Source: Oceanispirochaeta sp.
Lineage (GTDB): Bacteria; Spirochaetota; Spirochaetia; DSM-2461
Direction: 5' to 3'
Assembly: GCA_963663385.2 (NCBI GenBank)
Contig: CAXXXD010000003.1
Location: 608,001-672,000 of the forward strand
DNA: 64,000 nt
How positions within the stretch are numbered: position 1 is the stretch's first letter; each line of letters starts with the position of its first letter. Below, one piece after another: positions 54,640 through 64,000 of the stretch. The notes under the pieces were generated by a model. It saw only the letters and a list, made by a program, of their open reading frames with translations, had not been told where the DNA came from and ran no database searches. Position numbers and translations under genes: made by a program.

Positions 54640-56850
54640 ATGATTAACAGATTTCAGTTATCCGCAGTATTACTGCTGATTTCAATAATATATCCTCTGC
54701 AGGCACAGGAATCGGAAGAACCGGTCGTTGCGGTTGTCCTGGCCGGGGGAGGAGCCCTCGGTTTTGCCCATGTGGGGGCTCTGAAAGTTTTGGAGGAAGA
54801 GGGGATTTTTCCGGATATGGTAATCGGGACCAGTATGGGGAGTATCATAGGCGGGATGTATTGTGTCGGATACAATCCGGTAGAAATGGAGCGGCTTATA
54901 AATGGGATTGACTGGAAGGAAACCATGCTTGACAGCACTCAACGCAATAAAATGAGCTTTGATCAGAAGAAAAGGCAGGCCAGTTATAATATCGATATCG
55001 GGTTCAAAGAGGGCAGACTGATTACCGAAGCCGGATTCTCCGAGGCCCAGCATGTGGTTGAACTCCTCGATACTCTTCTGACCCCGTATTCAGCTGAGAT
55101 GAGTTTTGATGATCTGCCGATTCAATTCAGGGCTGTTGCTGCAGACCTGCTCACAGGAGAAAAAATCACATACGATTCGGGAGATCTTAAAACAGTCATC
55201 CGGGCTTCCATGGCTGTTCCGGGTGTCTTTACTCCCGTAGAGTACCGCGGCCGTTATGCTATAGACGGGGGATGGACCGAAAATCTGCCGACCACTGTAG
55301 CCAGGGATATGGGCGCGGATATTGTTATTGCGGTGAACCTCTTCTCCATGGAAGAGGATATTAATAACCTGACATCTGTCGATAAGGTTTCGGAACAGGC
55401 CTATCAGATAAGGGCCCTGGATCAGAACCGGGCGAGCGAAGCTGCGGCTGACCTGATTATTACCCCTGATCTCAGAGGATATACCATGGCCGATTTTGAA
55501 AAGGGTAAACCCCTGATGGCGCTGGGGTATAAGGAAGCGGACAGAAACAGGGAGGCAATCAGGGCTTTGGCTGATACCATCGGGACGCGGAACCGGAACT
55601 GTACAGAACCGCCGGGTGATGATCGGAAAATCCGTATTTCCCGTATTACTGTCGACTGTGATGGTAATGCTTCCATGGAGGAACAGGTCCGGAGGGAGAT
55701 TACCGGAACAGCAGGAATGACCCCCTTTCTGTCAGAGCTGCGTAATGCCATATACAGCATATATGACCGGGGTGATTTTACCCGGATCTGGTACCGCCTC
55801 TATCCGGAATCTGCCGGGGCTTACGAACTGGTGGTGGAGGCTCCCCCGGTTCCTCAGGCTGATGAAATGTTCAGCGCTTCTCTGGATTTTTCAAATCAGA
55901 TGATAGAGAGTCAGATTACGGATTTCAATCTTAAAACCTCCTACCAGAGATGGCTGGGGGGGACAAAGAATAGTCAGGCCTTTGTGGAATTATGGGTTTC
56001 CGACTTTCCCTCTCTCATTACGGGGGTGAGTCATAATCCAAGGGGCGCCCTGCTGCAAACCGGATTCGAAACTTATATGAAGGCGAAATCCCAGTATTTT
56101 TTTAAAAACGATGCTGTAGAATCCCTTTACGGATTGAATACCGTGGGAGGGGATTTCTTTTCGTCCCGCCCCTTTTTTAACAGATTTGAACTGGGGCTGA
56201 ATTTTTACTCCCGTTATTCCTGGGCTGATCACCGCCTGGGTGAGGACTTTCTGCCTGAGGAGTCCTGGCATCAAACCGGGATTACCGGGGTTCTGGCTAT
56301 TGATACACTGGACAGGAGTATTGCTCCCCGCCGCGGGATTAATGCCGCTTTCATGATGGACTGTGGTCTGGATGACAGTTCAGAGATAAAAGGGCTCTAC
56401 AAAATGGCGGGGGAAGTGTATCTGTCTCCTCTCAAGGGATTTGTGATCATACCCAGGTGGGAGGCTCAGGGACTTCTCTGGGGAGAGCTGAATATCCTCG
56501 AAATGCCGACCCTGGGTGAGGCGGTAACAACTTACGGATATTACCCCCAGGAACTCCGGAATGAGAATGTGGCTACGGGCGGCCTGGAACTCAGAAAACA
56601 GGTGACAAGCCTGCCACTCGGACTGGGTAAGGAAGTATACCTTCAGCTTGCCGGGAACTACTCCTACATGTGGGAGGATGATGCTGCAGATACCTATGAA
56701 GATCCGACTTCGTACTTCGGGGTTGCCGCCGGTGTCGTTCTCAATACGACTCTGGGAGAGATTCAGTTTAATCTCAGCAGGAACAAGGACGGACGGGTTT
56801 CCGGTTTTATGGGAATCTCTTCGTCCGCCTCTCTTTTAAACTGTTTCTGA
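54640..56850 (+). CDS. Patatin-like phospholipase with POTRA-like linker and C-terminal beta-barrel (PlpD-like)
   Basis: Signal peptide, GGGALG, GTSMG, DGG; beta-strand C-terminal half; ATG at 54640. Confidence 0.87.
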   Translation: MINRFQLSAVLLLISIIYPLQAQESEEPVVAVVLAGGGALGFAHVGALKVLEEEGIFPDMVIGTSMGSIIGGMYCVGYNPVEMERLINGIDWKETMLDSTQRNKMSFDQKKRQASYNIDIGFKEGRLITEAGFSEAQHVVELLDTLLTPYSAEMSFDDLPIQFRAVAADLLTGEKITYDSGDLKTVIRASMAVPGVFTPVEYRGRYAIDGGWTENLPTTVARDMGADIVIAVNLFSMEEDINNLTSVDKVSEQAYQIRALDQNRASEAAADLIITPDLRGYTMADFEKGKPLMALGYKEADRNREAIRALADTIGTRNRNCTEPPGDDRKIRISRITVDCDGNASMEEQVRREITGTAGMTPFLSELRNAIYSIYDRGDFTRIWYRLYPESAGAYELVVEAPPVPQADEMFSASLDFSNQMIESQITDFNLKTSYQRWLGGTKNSQAFVELWVSDFPSLITGVSHNPRGALLQTGFETYMKAKSQYFFKNDAVESLYGLNTVGGDFFSSRPFFNRFELGLNFYSRYSWADHRLGEDFLPEESWHQTGITGVLAIDTLDRSIAPRRGINAAFMMDCGLDDSSEIKGLYKMAGEVYLSPLKGFVIIPRWEAQGLLWGELNILEMPTLGEAVTTYGYYPQELRNENVATGGLELRKQVTSLPLGLGKEVYLQLAGNYSYMWEDDAADTYEDPTSYFGVAAGVVLNTTLGEIQFNLSRNKDGRVSGFMGISSSASLLNCF

Positions 56851-56857
56851 AATACTG

Positions 56858-57601
56858 TCAGGTGAGCAGGTGCCGTATCGTTTTTCTGGCCGCTTCCCTT
56901 ACGGAACGGTCCTCCCTGCGGGCTGCTGTGACTGCCCGGACAAATACAGATCCGGCTACAACAGCATCGCAGTATCCGGACAGAAGCTGTACCTGTTCCG
57001 GTTCGGATATACCGAATCCCGCCATCACCCTGCTGCGGGCAGGAGCCAGTTTCTTCAGCAGATTCAGACTTGCCTCCTCAATCACGGTATAGCTTCCTGT
57101 TATACCGCTGCGAAGGGCTGTATAGAACCATTCCGGTTCCAGCGCGACAAGCTCTTTCAGCCGGTCCTCCTGTATGGAAGGGGTCATCACAGGCACAATG
57201 GGAACCCCCTGTCGGCGGCCTTCTTCATACAAGCCTTCATCCCTGCCGTAGACCAGATCAGGGATAATCAGCCCTGCCGCTTCGGCCTCCTTAGCCTGTT
57301 TGACAAAAGAAGGGATTCCCCGTGAAAACAGAATATTTCCATAGCTCATCAGGAACACAGGAATTCCCGTCTCCTTTCTGATCCGCTGTAGAAGAGGGAA
57401 GGCATCGTCCACTTTAAAGCCTCCCGCCAGAGCATCCCGGCAGGCCCCTTCAATAACCGGACCGTCGGCGCTTGGATCGGAAAAGGGGATCTGCATCTCC
57501 AGATAGGCCGCTCCCCCTTCGGCCAGTCCGCAGGCGGTTTCAAAGGAAGATTCCAGGTCGGGGTATCCCGCAATAAAATGAGAAACAATATCAGCTGCCA
57601 T
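56858..57601 (-). CDS. trpA: Tryptophan synthase alpha chain
   Basis: LEMQIPFSDPSADGPVI, GITG, GFGIS. Confidence 0.96.
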   Translation of the reverse strand: MAADIVSHFIAGYPDLESSFETACGLAEGGAAYLEMQIPFSDPSADGPVIEGACRDALAGGFKVDDAFPLLQRIRKETGIPVFLMSYGNILFSRGIPSFVKQAKEAEAAGLIIPDLVYGRDEGLYEEGRRQGVPIVPVMTPSIQEDRLKELVALEPEWFYTALRSGITGSYTVIEEASLNLLKKLAPARSRVMAGFGISEPEQVQLLSGYCDAVVAGSVFVRAVTAARREDRSVREAARKTIRHLLT

Positions 57602-58811
57602 AATTCCTCCTGCTTTCGGTTTTCAGAAAATCTCTCCAGTTTTCGCCGTCCAGAGCGGCTGCAGATATAAAAATATCCTTATCGCCCCTCCCTGACATAT
57701 TGATAATCAGGTTCTGTTCCGGTTTCATCTCTCTTGCCAGCTTCATGGCGGCCGCCCCGGCGTGGGCCGACTCCATGGCAAAAATAATCCCCTCGGTCCG
57801 GGCGAAAAATTTCAGGGCCTCCAGAGCTTCATCATCCCGGGCATGGGTAAACTCGAGGCGGCCCGACTCTCCCAGATCTGCCAGCTGCGGGCCTATCCCG
57901 GGATAATCCAGACCGGCCGATATGGAGTGGGTATCCAGAACCTGTCCGTCATCATCTCTGAGAAAGCGGCTCTTATACCCCTGTATAATCCCCGGTCTCC
58001 CTTCGTCGGTCATCCTGACGGCATTGTTGCCCTTTCCGGGGCCCCTTCCTCCCGCTTCCACGCCAACCATCCGGATATCCGTATCTTCCAGAAAGGGGGA
58101 AAAGAAACCGATCGCGTTGGATCCGCCCCCAACGCAGGCTACCATGGTATCAATTTTGAAATCCGCCTGCTGACGGACTTCCGTTCCGATGACAGACTGG
58201 AATTCACGGACCATATCCGGGTAGGGAGACGGGCCAAGGGCGGAACCCAGCAGGTAGTGGGTATCTTCACTGTTGGCGGTCCAGTCCCGGAAGGCTTCGT
58301 TTACCGCATCTTTCAGGGTACGGGAACCTGAGGTAACCGGCCGGACCTCCGCTCCGAACAGTTGCATCCAGTACACATTGGGGTGCTGCCGGCGGATATC
58401 CTCTTCTCCCATATAGATAACACAGGGCAGGTTCAGACGGGCGCAGGCCGAAGCAGTGGCCACACCGTGCTGTCCGGCTCCGGTTTCGGCTATAATGCGC
58501 TTCTTCCCCATCCGTCTGGCCAGAAGGGCCTGACCGGCAGCGTTGTTTATTTTGTGGGCCCCCGTATTGGCAAGGCCTTCCATTTTGATATAGATAGAGG
58601 CGCCTCCCAGTTCCCTCGAGGCATTCCGTGCCGGAAGGAGGGGGGTGGGACGTCCGATAAACTCACTCTGGAACAGTTTCCACTCTCTGAGGAAATCCTG
58701 GTCTATTATGGCCTCCTTGAAAGCTTTTTCCAGTTCAGCCAGAGGGGGCTGCAGCACTTCCGGTACATAACGGCCGCCGTAGGGGCCGAAGAAATCATTA
58801 AATGCGGGCAT
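57591..58811 (-). CDS. trpB: Tryptophan synthase beta chain
   Basis: TGAHKINN, AETGAGQHG, SISAGLDYPG, SGRGDKD. Confidence 0.97.
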   Translation of the reverse strand: MPAFNDFFGPYGGRYVPEVLQPPLAELEKAFKEAIIDQDFLREWKLFQSEFIGRPTPLLPARNASRELGGASIYIKMEGLANTGAHKINNAAGQALLARRMGKKRIIAETGAGQHGVATASACARLNLPCVIYMGEEDIRRQHPNVYWMQLFGAEVRPVTSGSRTLKDAVNEAFRDWTANSEDTHYLLGSALGPSPYPDMVREFQSVIGTEVRQQADFKIDTMVACVGGGSNAIGFFSPFLEDTDIRMVGVEAGGRGPGKGNNAVRMTDEGRPGIIQGYKSRFLRDDDGQVLDTHSISAGLDYPGIGPQLADLGESGRLEFTHARDDEALEALKFFARTEGIIFAMESAHAGAAAMKLAREMKPEQNLIINMSGRGDKDIFISAAALDGENWRDFLKTESRRNYGS

Positions 58812-60225
58812 AATCGTTTATCTCCCTGAAAAATTGTTTCATTTTTTCCAAATCCTTGATTCCCGGCGAGGATTCCAGACCGCTGGAAAGATCCACCAGT
58901 TCGGGAGACCATGTCTCCAGTATCTCCCTGATATTACGGGGATTCAAACCGCCGGCCAGCCACAGTTCTCCCTTCTCCCGGGCCTTCTGTACCAGGCCTG
59001 GATCAAGACGTTTGCCGGTTCCTCCCGCCGCATCGGGGCTGAAGGCATCCAGCAGACAGGGGAGGGGACTGTAGGCCGTCATCTTCTCAATATCCTCTCC
59101 GGATTTGATCCGCAGGGCTTTGTAGCCGCGGTTCCGTACCGTACCGGATGACTCCCTGCCGTGAAACTGCACCATATCCAGTATCCCCTCATCCAGAAGG
59201 CTCTGTATCTCCCCGGGCAGATCCTCTCCCTCTTCAAGGACTGCCACTCCGACTTTCAGAGCGGCTGTTCTGGGAAGGGAACGGATAAAATCCGGAGTTG
59301 TCCGCCGGGGAGAAGGGGCCAGGATAAAACCTGTCATATCCGCCCCCAGGCTGACGGCCGCTTCGTAATCCTCCGCACGGGTTAACCCGCAGACTTTTAC
59401 CAGAGGTCGTCCCGGCACCCAGCGGCTGCAGAGCTTCTGCCAGGCCGCTCCCGACGGGCTTTCATTCCTTCCGGTAAGGAATCCCTTCAGTTTTTCTATC
59501 AGGGAGGGGTCCCTTACGACTCCCTCTCCCACCAGCAGGCCGGCAAAACCGGCTTCTGAAGCAAAAGCCCCGTCCGTATCTTTTAAAATACCCGATTCGT
59601 AGACTATCCGGCACTCCCAGTCTATGAGCCCCCGGATTTTCAGGGGCTGAAGGGGGTATATCCTGAAGTCCCTCAGGTCCCGGCTGTTGATTCCCACCAG
59701 ATCGGGTTTAACCGCCGATGCCTTTTTGACATCCTCCCCTGAATGGACTTCCACCAGAGGGGTCATCCCTTTTTCGAGGCAGAGATCATGCATTGATTTA
59801 AGCTTCTCCGTAGAAAGGAGAGAGGAAATAAGCAGGCAGGCATCTGCACCGGCCCTGAGGGACACTTCAATATCCTCTTCATTAAGCAGAAAATCCTTTC
59901 TGAGAACAGCCAGGTCCGGACAGGCTCTTTTAACCTGCATCAGATCCTCCAGGGATCCTCCAAAATAATCCGGTTCCGTCAGAACACTCACATGCCCGGC
60001 GCCGTGGCTCCGGTACATTTCCGCCTGGGCCGCCGCATCGGGGATCTCGCTGATGTGTCCTTTGGAAGGGCTTCTGCGCTTTACTTCGCAGATCAGAAGA
60101 GGATCTGTTCCAAAGGGCACACGGGGAACTGTCCGGGTTTCGGGTATGGTAAACCCTTCCTCCGCCCCCAGTCTGCTAATCCTCTCCAGGCGCTGATCAG
60201 CAATTCTCCGTCTGATGTCGGTCAT
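58798..60225 (-). CDS. trpCF: Bifunctional IGP synthase / PRA isomerase
   Basis: [12 protein letters not shown] and LRKDF (TrpC); VKVCGLT, GGTGK, LAGGL and DLSSGLE (TrpF). Confidence 0.94.
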   Translation of the reverse strand: MTDIRRRIADQRLERISRLGAEEGFTIPETRTVPRVPFGTDPLLICEVKRRSPSKGHISEIPDAAAQAEMYRSHGAGHVSVLTEPDYFGGSLEDLMQVKRACPDLAVLRKDFLLNEEDIEVSLRAGADACLLISSLLSTEKLKSMHDLCLEKGMTPLVEVHSGEDVKKASAVKPDLVGINSRDLRDFRIYPLQPLKIRGLIDWECRIVYESGILKDTDGAFASEAGFAGLLVGEGVVRDPSLIEKLKGFLTGRNESPSGAAWQKLCSRWVPGRPLVKVCGLTRAEDYEAAVSLGADMTGFILAPSPRRTTPDFIRSLPRTAALKVGVAVLEEGEDLPGEIQSLLDEGILDMVQFHGRESSGTVRNRGYKALRIKSGEDIEKMTAYSPLPCLLDAFSPDAAGGTGKRLDPGLVQKAREKGELWLAGGLNPRNIREILETWSPELVDLSSGLESSPGIKDLEKMKQFFREINDYARI

Positions 60226-61823
60226 GCGCTCTTTTCCTTCTGAACTTTGCGCAGTTTCTGTACAAGCCTGGTAACATCGCCGCTTTCCAGGGCTTTACGG
60301 GCCATTTTATACCCCTCTTCAATTGATTCGGTCTTGCCGTATACAAAGGCGGCTGCCCCTGCATTGAGATAACAGGCTTCTTTCAGGGCCCGGCTGCCTT
60401 TTCCCTTCAGCATGGCAATCGCCGCCCTGGCATTGGCCTCAGCGCTGCCCCCGACCAGATCCTCTGTTTTTATACCGCTGATCCCCACATCGGAAGGATG
60501 GAAGGTGGTATCGGTTTCTATCCCGTGCTCATCTATAAAGAAAATCCTTGTGGGAGCCGCCGGGGATATTTCATCCAGGCCGTCTTCGCTGTGTACGGCC
60601 ATCACCCTCTGGACACCAAGCAGACGGGCTGCCCTGGCCAGAACGGGACAGAGCTCCCTGTCCCATACCCCTATAAGCTGGCATTCTGCTTCCGCCGGAT
60701 TGGAGAGGGGGCCGATCAGGTTCATTATGGTTTTAATCCCCATCTCCCTCCTGACGGGAGCGGCAAAACGCATGGCCCCGTGGAAGATAGGGGCAAAGAG
60801 GAAGGAAAAACCATATTTTTTCACCATTTCAGCCGCTTCTTCCGGGTCGCTGTCTACAGGTATGCTCAGGCTTTTGTAAAAATCAAAACTCCCGCTCCTG
60901 GAACTGACCGCCCGGTTCCCGTGTTTGGCTACCGGAACACCGCAGGCTGCCATAATCAGGGCTGAAAAGGAGGAAATATTAAAAGTCCCTCTCCCGTCTC
61001 CGCCTGTTCCGACAATATCCACGGACTTTCCGGGGATATGAACTTTCAGTTTCTTTTTTGCCAGTATCCTGGCGCAGCCGGCGACTTCCTGGGGACGGAT
61101 GCCTTTGGCGTTAAGGGCGGTCAGCATGGAGGCCATAAAGGCTTCCGACAGGTTTCCTTCGGTCAGTTCATCCATAAAATCGGCCGCTTCCTTTTCACTC
61201 AGATCCTGCCTATCCAGAACCTTTTTCAGAAGAGCCGTTTTGGCAAGAGGTTCCCTTTTGTATTTCAGGAAGTTTTTTAAAAGCTGATGACCCTGTTCGC
61301 TTCCGATCGATTCGGGGTGAAACTGCACGCCTTCCAGAGTATGGGATTTGTGGCGTATACCCATTATCTCTCCGTCTGCAGAACGTGCAGTAATCTCCAG
61401 GCATTCGGGGAGACTGGCTTCTTCGGCCGCCAGGGAGTGATAGCGTGTATAGGGTGTATTCCGGGGGATATTACGGAACAGCCCTTTTCCGTCATGCTCC
61501 ATAGGCTCCACTTTTCCGTGAACAATCCGTGCGGCGGATACTATTTTTCCACCCAGGGCCTGAACTATAGCCTGGTGTCCCAGACAGATTCCCAGAATGG
61601 GAACTTTGCCGTTGAAATATCTGATTGTATCCAGGGATATGCCCGCTTCTTCCGGTCTGCCCGGACCGGGGGATATGATGATATGGTCCGGGTTCAGATT
61701 TTTAAGGTCCTGAAGGGTGATTTTATCATTTCGGTAGACCTGTATCTCATCCCCGGTAATCTCTTTCAGGTACTGGTAGATATTGAAGGTGAAGGAGTCG
61801 TAGTTATCAATCATTACAATCAT
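60222..61823 (-). CDS. trpGD: Bifunctional anthranilate synthase component II / anthranilate phosphoribosyltransferase
   Basis: [15 protein letters not shown] and FHPES (TrpG); [11 protein letters not shown] and KHGNR (TrpD). Confidence 0.95.
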   Translation of the reverse strand: MIVMIDNYDSFTFNIYQYLKEITGDEIQVYRNDKITLQDLKNLNPDHIIISPGPGRPEEAGISLDTIRYFNGKVPILGICLGHQAIVQALGGKIVSAARIVHGKVEPMEHDGKGLFRNIPRNTPYTRYHSLAAEEASLPECLEITARSADGEIMGIRHKSHTLEGVQFHPESIGSEQGHQLLKNFLKYKREPLAKTALLKKVLDRQDLSEKEAADFMDELTEGNLSEAFMASMLTALNAKGIRPQEVAGCARILAKKKLKVHIPGKSVDIVGTGGDGRGTFNISSFSALIMAACGVPVAKHGNRAVSSRSGSFDFYKSLSIPVDSDPEEAAEMVKKYGFSFLFAPIFHGAMRFAAPVRREMGIKTIMNLIGPLSNPAEAECQLIGVWDRELCPVLARAARLLGVQRVMAVHSEDGLDEISPAAPTRIFFIDEHGIETDTTFHPSDVGISGIKTEDLVGGSAEANARAAIAMLKGKGSRALKEACYLNAGAAAFVYGKTESIEEGYKMARKALESGDVTRLVQKLRKVQKEKSA

Positions 61824-61825
61824 GG

Positions 61826-63238
61826 TTAAACCTCTATTCCGGCGGCCAGTGCGATGGCCCGCATTTTTTCTTTGGTCTCTTCCAGCTCTCTGGCCGGGTC
61901 GGAATCGTATACTATGCCTCCCCCTGCCTGAAGGTAGAGGAAGTCATCTTTTTTTAATGCGCTGCGGATGGTTATGCAGCTGTCCAGACTCCCGTCGGCT
62001 CCCATATAGCCGACCAGCCCGGCATAAAAGCCCCGGTTGATCTTTTCCATCCGGCTAATGGTTTTTATAGCCTGGATTTTCGGGGCCCCCGAGACGGTCC
62101 CGGCCGGGAAGGTCGCCCTTATAACGTCTCCCGCACTGACACCCTCTTTCAGGTCTCCCACTACTTCCGATACAATATGCATTACCTTGGAGTACCGCTC
62201 GATGCACATCATTTCGCTGATCCTGATAGTGCCGGCCCGGCAGACCCTCCCCAGATCGTTCCGGGCCAGGTCTACCAGCATGATATGTTCGGCTCTCTCC
62301 TTTTCATCCGAGAGCAGTTCCTTTTCCAGGGCTCTGTCTTCTTTCTCATTCCTGCCGCGTCGTCTTGTTCCGGCAATCGGGCGTATGATCGCCTGGCCGT
62401 GTTCCACTTTTACATGCACTTCCGGAGAGGCCCCCAGTAACTGGTATCTGCCGAAATCCAGGTAGAACTGGTAGGGGGAGGGGTTGCTGGACCGCAGGTT
62501 GCGGTAGGCATCCATGGCGCTCTGTTCCGTATGAACCGTCAGACGCCGGGAGGGAACAGCCTGAAGCAGGTTGCCTTTGATAATCTCCTCTTTCAGTTCT
62601 CCTACCATTTCCATATAAAACTTCTCATTTTCCGGGTCCGGCAGCAGGGTCCCTTTGCTGTTTCTGCTCTGCTCCGTCAGGTAGTTGAAGTTGAAATCAA
62701 AGATCTTCCTCTCCACCTCTTCCACGGCTTTCACCAGATCTGTTTCAAAGTCGGGGTAATTCAGACCGATCAGGGTTATCTCATCGGTGTAATGATCAAA
62801 AATCAGCATAACATGCCCGAAAAGGAACTCTCCCAGAGGAAGCCCCAGAGCATCTTCCCTGTCGGCAAAAGGGATATCATCGCAGTAGGCGGCAAACTCA
62901 AAGGAAAGGAATCCCAGGCCTCCTGCGGGTACGGGAAACTCCTCATCTATATCCTGATGGTAGGAAGCCATCTTTTCAAGGATATGGAGGATATCCTCGC
63001 CTTCATGGTTTATCCTTTCCTCTCCCCGGGAAGACCGTCTGTAGCAGATGTCCCCCTCCTGCACAATCCTGAAGGCTTCATCCACCAGAAGGATGGAGTA
63101 GCGGGAATGGCCGCCGGACAGGGAGGAGGACTCAAGAAGGCATCTGGCTTCCAGTTTGATAGACAGGGCGCAGGGGGTGAATTTATCTCCAGGCACCTTT
63201 TTATGGAAATATCTATTGGAACTGTTCTGTTCGGTCAT
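61826..63238 (-). CDS. trpE: Anthranilate synthase component I
   Basis: [37 protein letters not shown]. Confidence 0.96.
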   Translation of the reverse strand: MTEQNSSNRYFHKKVPGDKFTPCALSIKLEARCLLESSSLSGGHSRYSILLVDEAFRIVQEGDICYRRSSRGEERINHEGEDILHILEKMASYHQDIDEEFPVPAGGLGFLSFEFAAYCDDIPFADREDALGLPLGEFLFGHVMLIFDHYTDEITLIGLNYPDFETDLVKAVEEVERKIFDFNFNYLTEQSRNSKGTLLPDPENEKFYMEMVGELKEEIIKGNLLQAVPSRRLTVHTEQSAMDAYRNLRSSNPSPYQFYLDFGRYQLLGASPEVHVKVEHGQAIIRPIAGTRRRGRNEKEDRALEKELLSDEKERAEHIMLVDLARNDLGRVCRAGTIRISEMMCIERYSKVMHIVSEVVGDLKEGVSAGDVIRATFPAGTVSGAPKIQAIKTISRMEKINRGFYAGLVGYMGADGSLDSCITIRSALKKDDFLYLQAGGGIVYDSDPARELEETKEKMRAIALAAGIEV

Positions 63239-63255
63239 GGTCTTTTCTCCAAAGT

Positions 63256-63324
63256 GTATCTGCGTATAGAAACGTTCTTGTGTGTAGAAACATACTATGG
63301 AAAAGTGTTTCTGTCAAGAGATAC
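63256..63324 (-). promoter_or_regulatory. trp promoter (TTGACA-17-TATGTT) with three 18-bp GTWTCT-N6-AGAWAC boxes
   Basis: -35 at 63312-63317; -10 at 63289-63294; boxes at 63256-63273, 63274-63291 and 63307-63324. Confidence 0.65.
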
Positions 63325-63349
63325 GTATGGAAAATGAGCTGTTCCGAAA

Positions 63350-63994
63350 TTACTGTATGACTGTACCGTTACCGGGAGGGGGAGGAGGTGGACCGGGTTT
63401 CTGTGAGGCTCCGCCTTTTTTCCGGGAGGGTTTCATACCGATAACATTCAGAAATATACCGTAGATGGCGCCGCAAAGGCCTCCGACTATATGGGACATT
63501 TGTGAAATATCATCAGTATTAACAATATTGATTACTTCCTTTACAAGGTATAAACCTAAAATGGCCAGGAAGGAGATGGGTATTTCCCTCTCCTTGGAAT
63601 TGGCAAAGGAGGTAAGGAGAATCATCATAAAGGCGATGCCGCTGGCGCCCAGGAGTTCGGTCGGGAAGAAAAGGGCATTCAGGATGCCGTTTATCAGGGT
63701 CGTCATGATCATCATCAGGGCCATGCGTCCGCTGCCGTATTTCTCCTCCAGTACCGGTCCCAGGAGGAGGATGAATGTAAGATTGCTGATCAGATGGTCC
63801 CAGTTGGCATGGCCGAAGGCATGGGTTACCAGGCGTATATAGGCCGGGAAGTCATCCAGCTTGAACGTTAATGCCCCCTCCGCCGTGAAAACGCCCTGAA
63901 CCATTCCGGGAACAAGGTATTGATCGCACACCAGTATAAATGTGCATACCAGGGCAAAGCTGAGGGAAACGGGGGCATTGTACTTCAATCTCAT
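63350..63994 (-). CDS. Rhomboid-family intramembrane serine protease
   Basis: H...HLISN, GASG, SHIVGG; Pro-rich C-terminal tail. Confidence 0.9.
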   Translation of the reverse strand: MRLKYNAPVSLSFALVCTFILVCDQYLVPGMVQGVFTAEGALTFKLDDFPAYIRLVTHAFGHANWDHLISNLTFILLLGPVLEEKYGSGRMALMMIMTTLINGILNALFFPTELLGASGIAFMMILLTSFANSKEREIPISFLAILGLYLVKEVINIVNTDDISQMSHIVGGLCGAIYGIFLNVIGMKPSRKKGGASQKPGPPPPPPGNGTVIQ

Positions 63995-64000
63995 CTATCG

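Noticed and set aside
63239..63349. trp leader peptide, T-box or TRAP site
   Set aside because: No Trp-codon ORF, T-box motif or (G/U)AG repeat run, and the leader is too short.

Overview
Bacterial chromosomal window, very likely from a free-living anaerobic spirochaete (Spirochaetales). Evidence for that: a stand-alone Borrelia-like rpsD, a spirochaete-type FlgD-Ig/OmpA protein and many lipoproteins. About 57 CDS; I found no rRNA, tRNA, CRISPR array or intact mobile element. The housekeeping and signalling content is nagD-like HAD, an NSS transporter with an unlisted 31-aa MetS-type subunit, radC, three MCPs, trmB-lysA, an ECF sigma, tldD/tldE, an RR-CheC-GGDEF module, an RND pump, lytS/lytT-cstA, a patatin-barrel protein, the trpE-GD-CF-B-A operon and a rhomboid. 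The most interesting region is 33.7-45.1 kb, an apparent anaerobic haem uptake and degradation locus with unusual architecture. It has a HutW/ChuW radical SAM enzyme with an extra N-terminal PCP_red-like domain, an ECF transporter in place of an HmuTUV ABC system, and a fusion of an HmuF-like flavodoxin with HutX/ChuX. It also has ChaN, a Met-rich orphan lipoprotein, a haem-type TonB-dependent receptor and TonB(VNTR)-ExbD-ExbB, with shared TTAG-N6-CTAA-like boxes at three promoters. Several candidate regulatory sites can be read directly: a TrmB operator, triple trp boxes, LytTR direct repeats, a sigma54 promoter for the RND pump and leaderless promoters. All family assignments come from motif recognition by eye, not from database searches.
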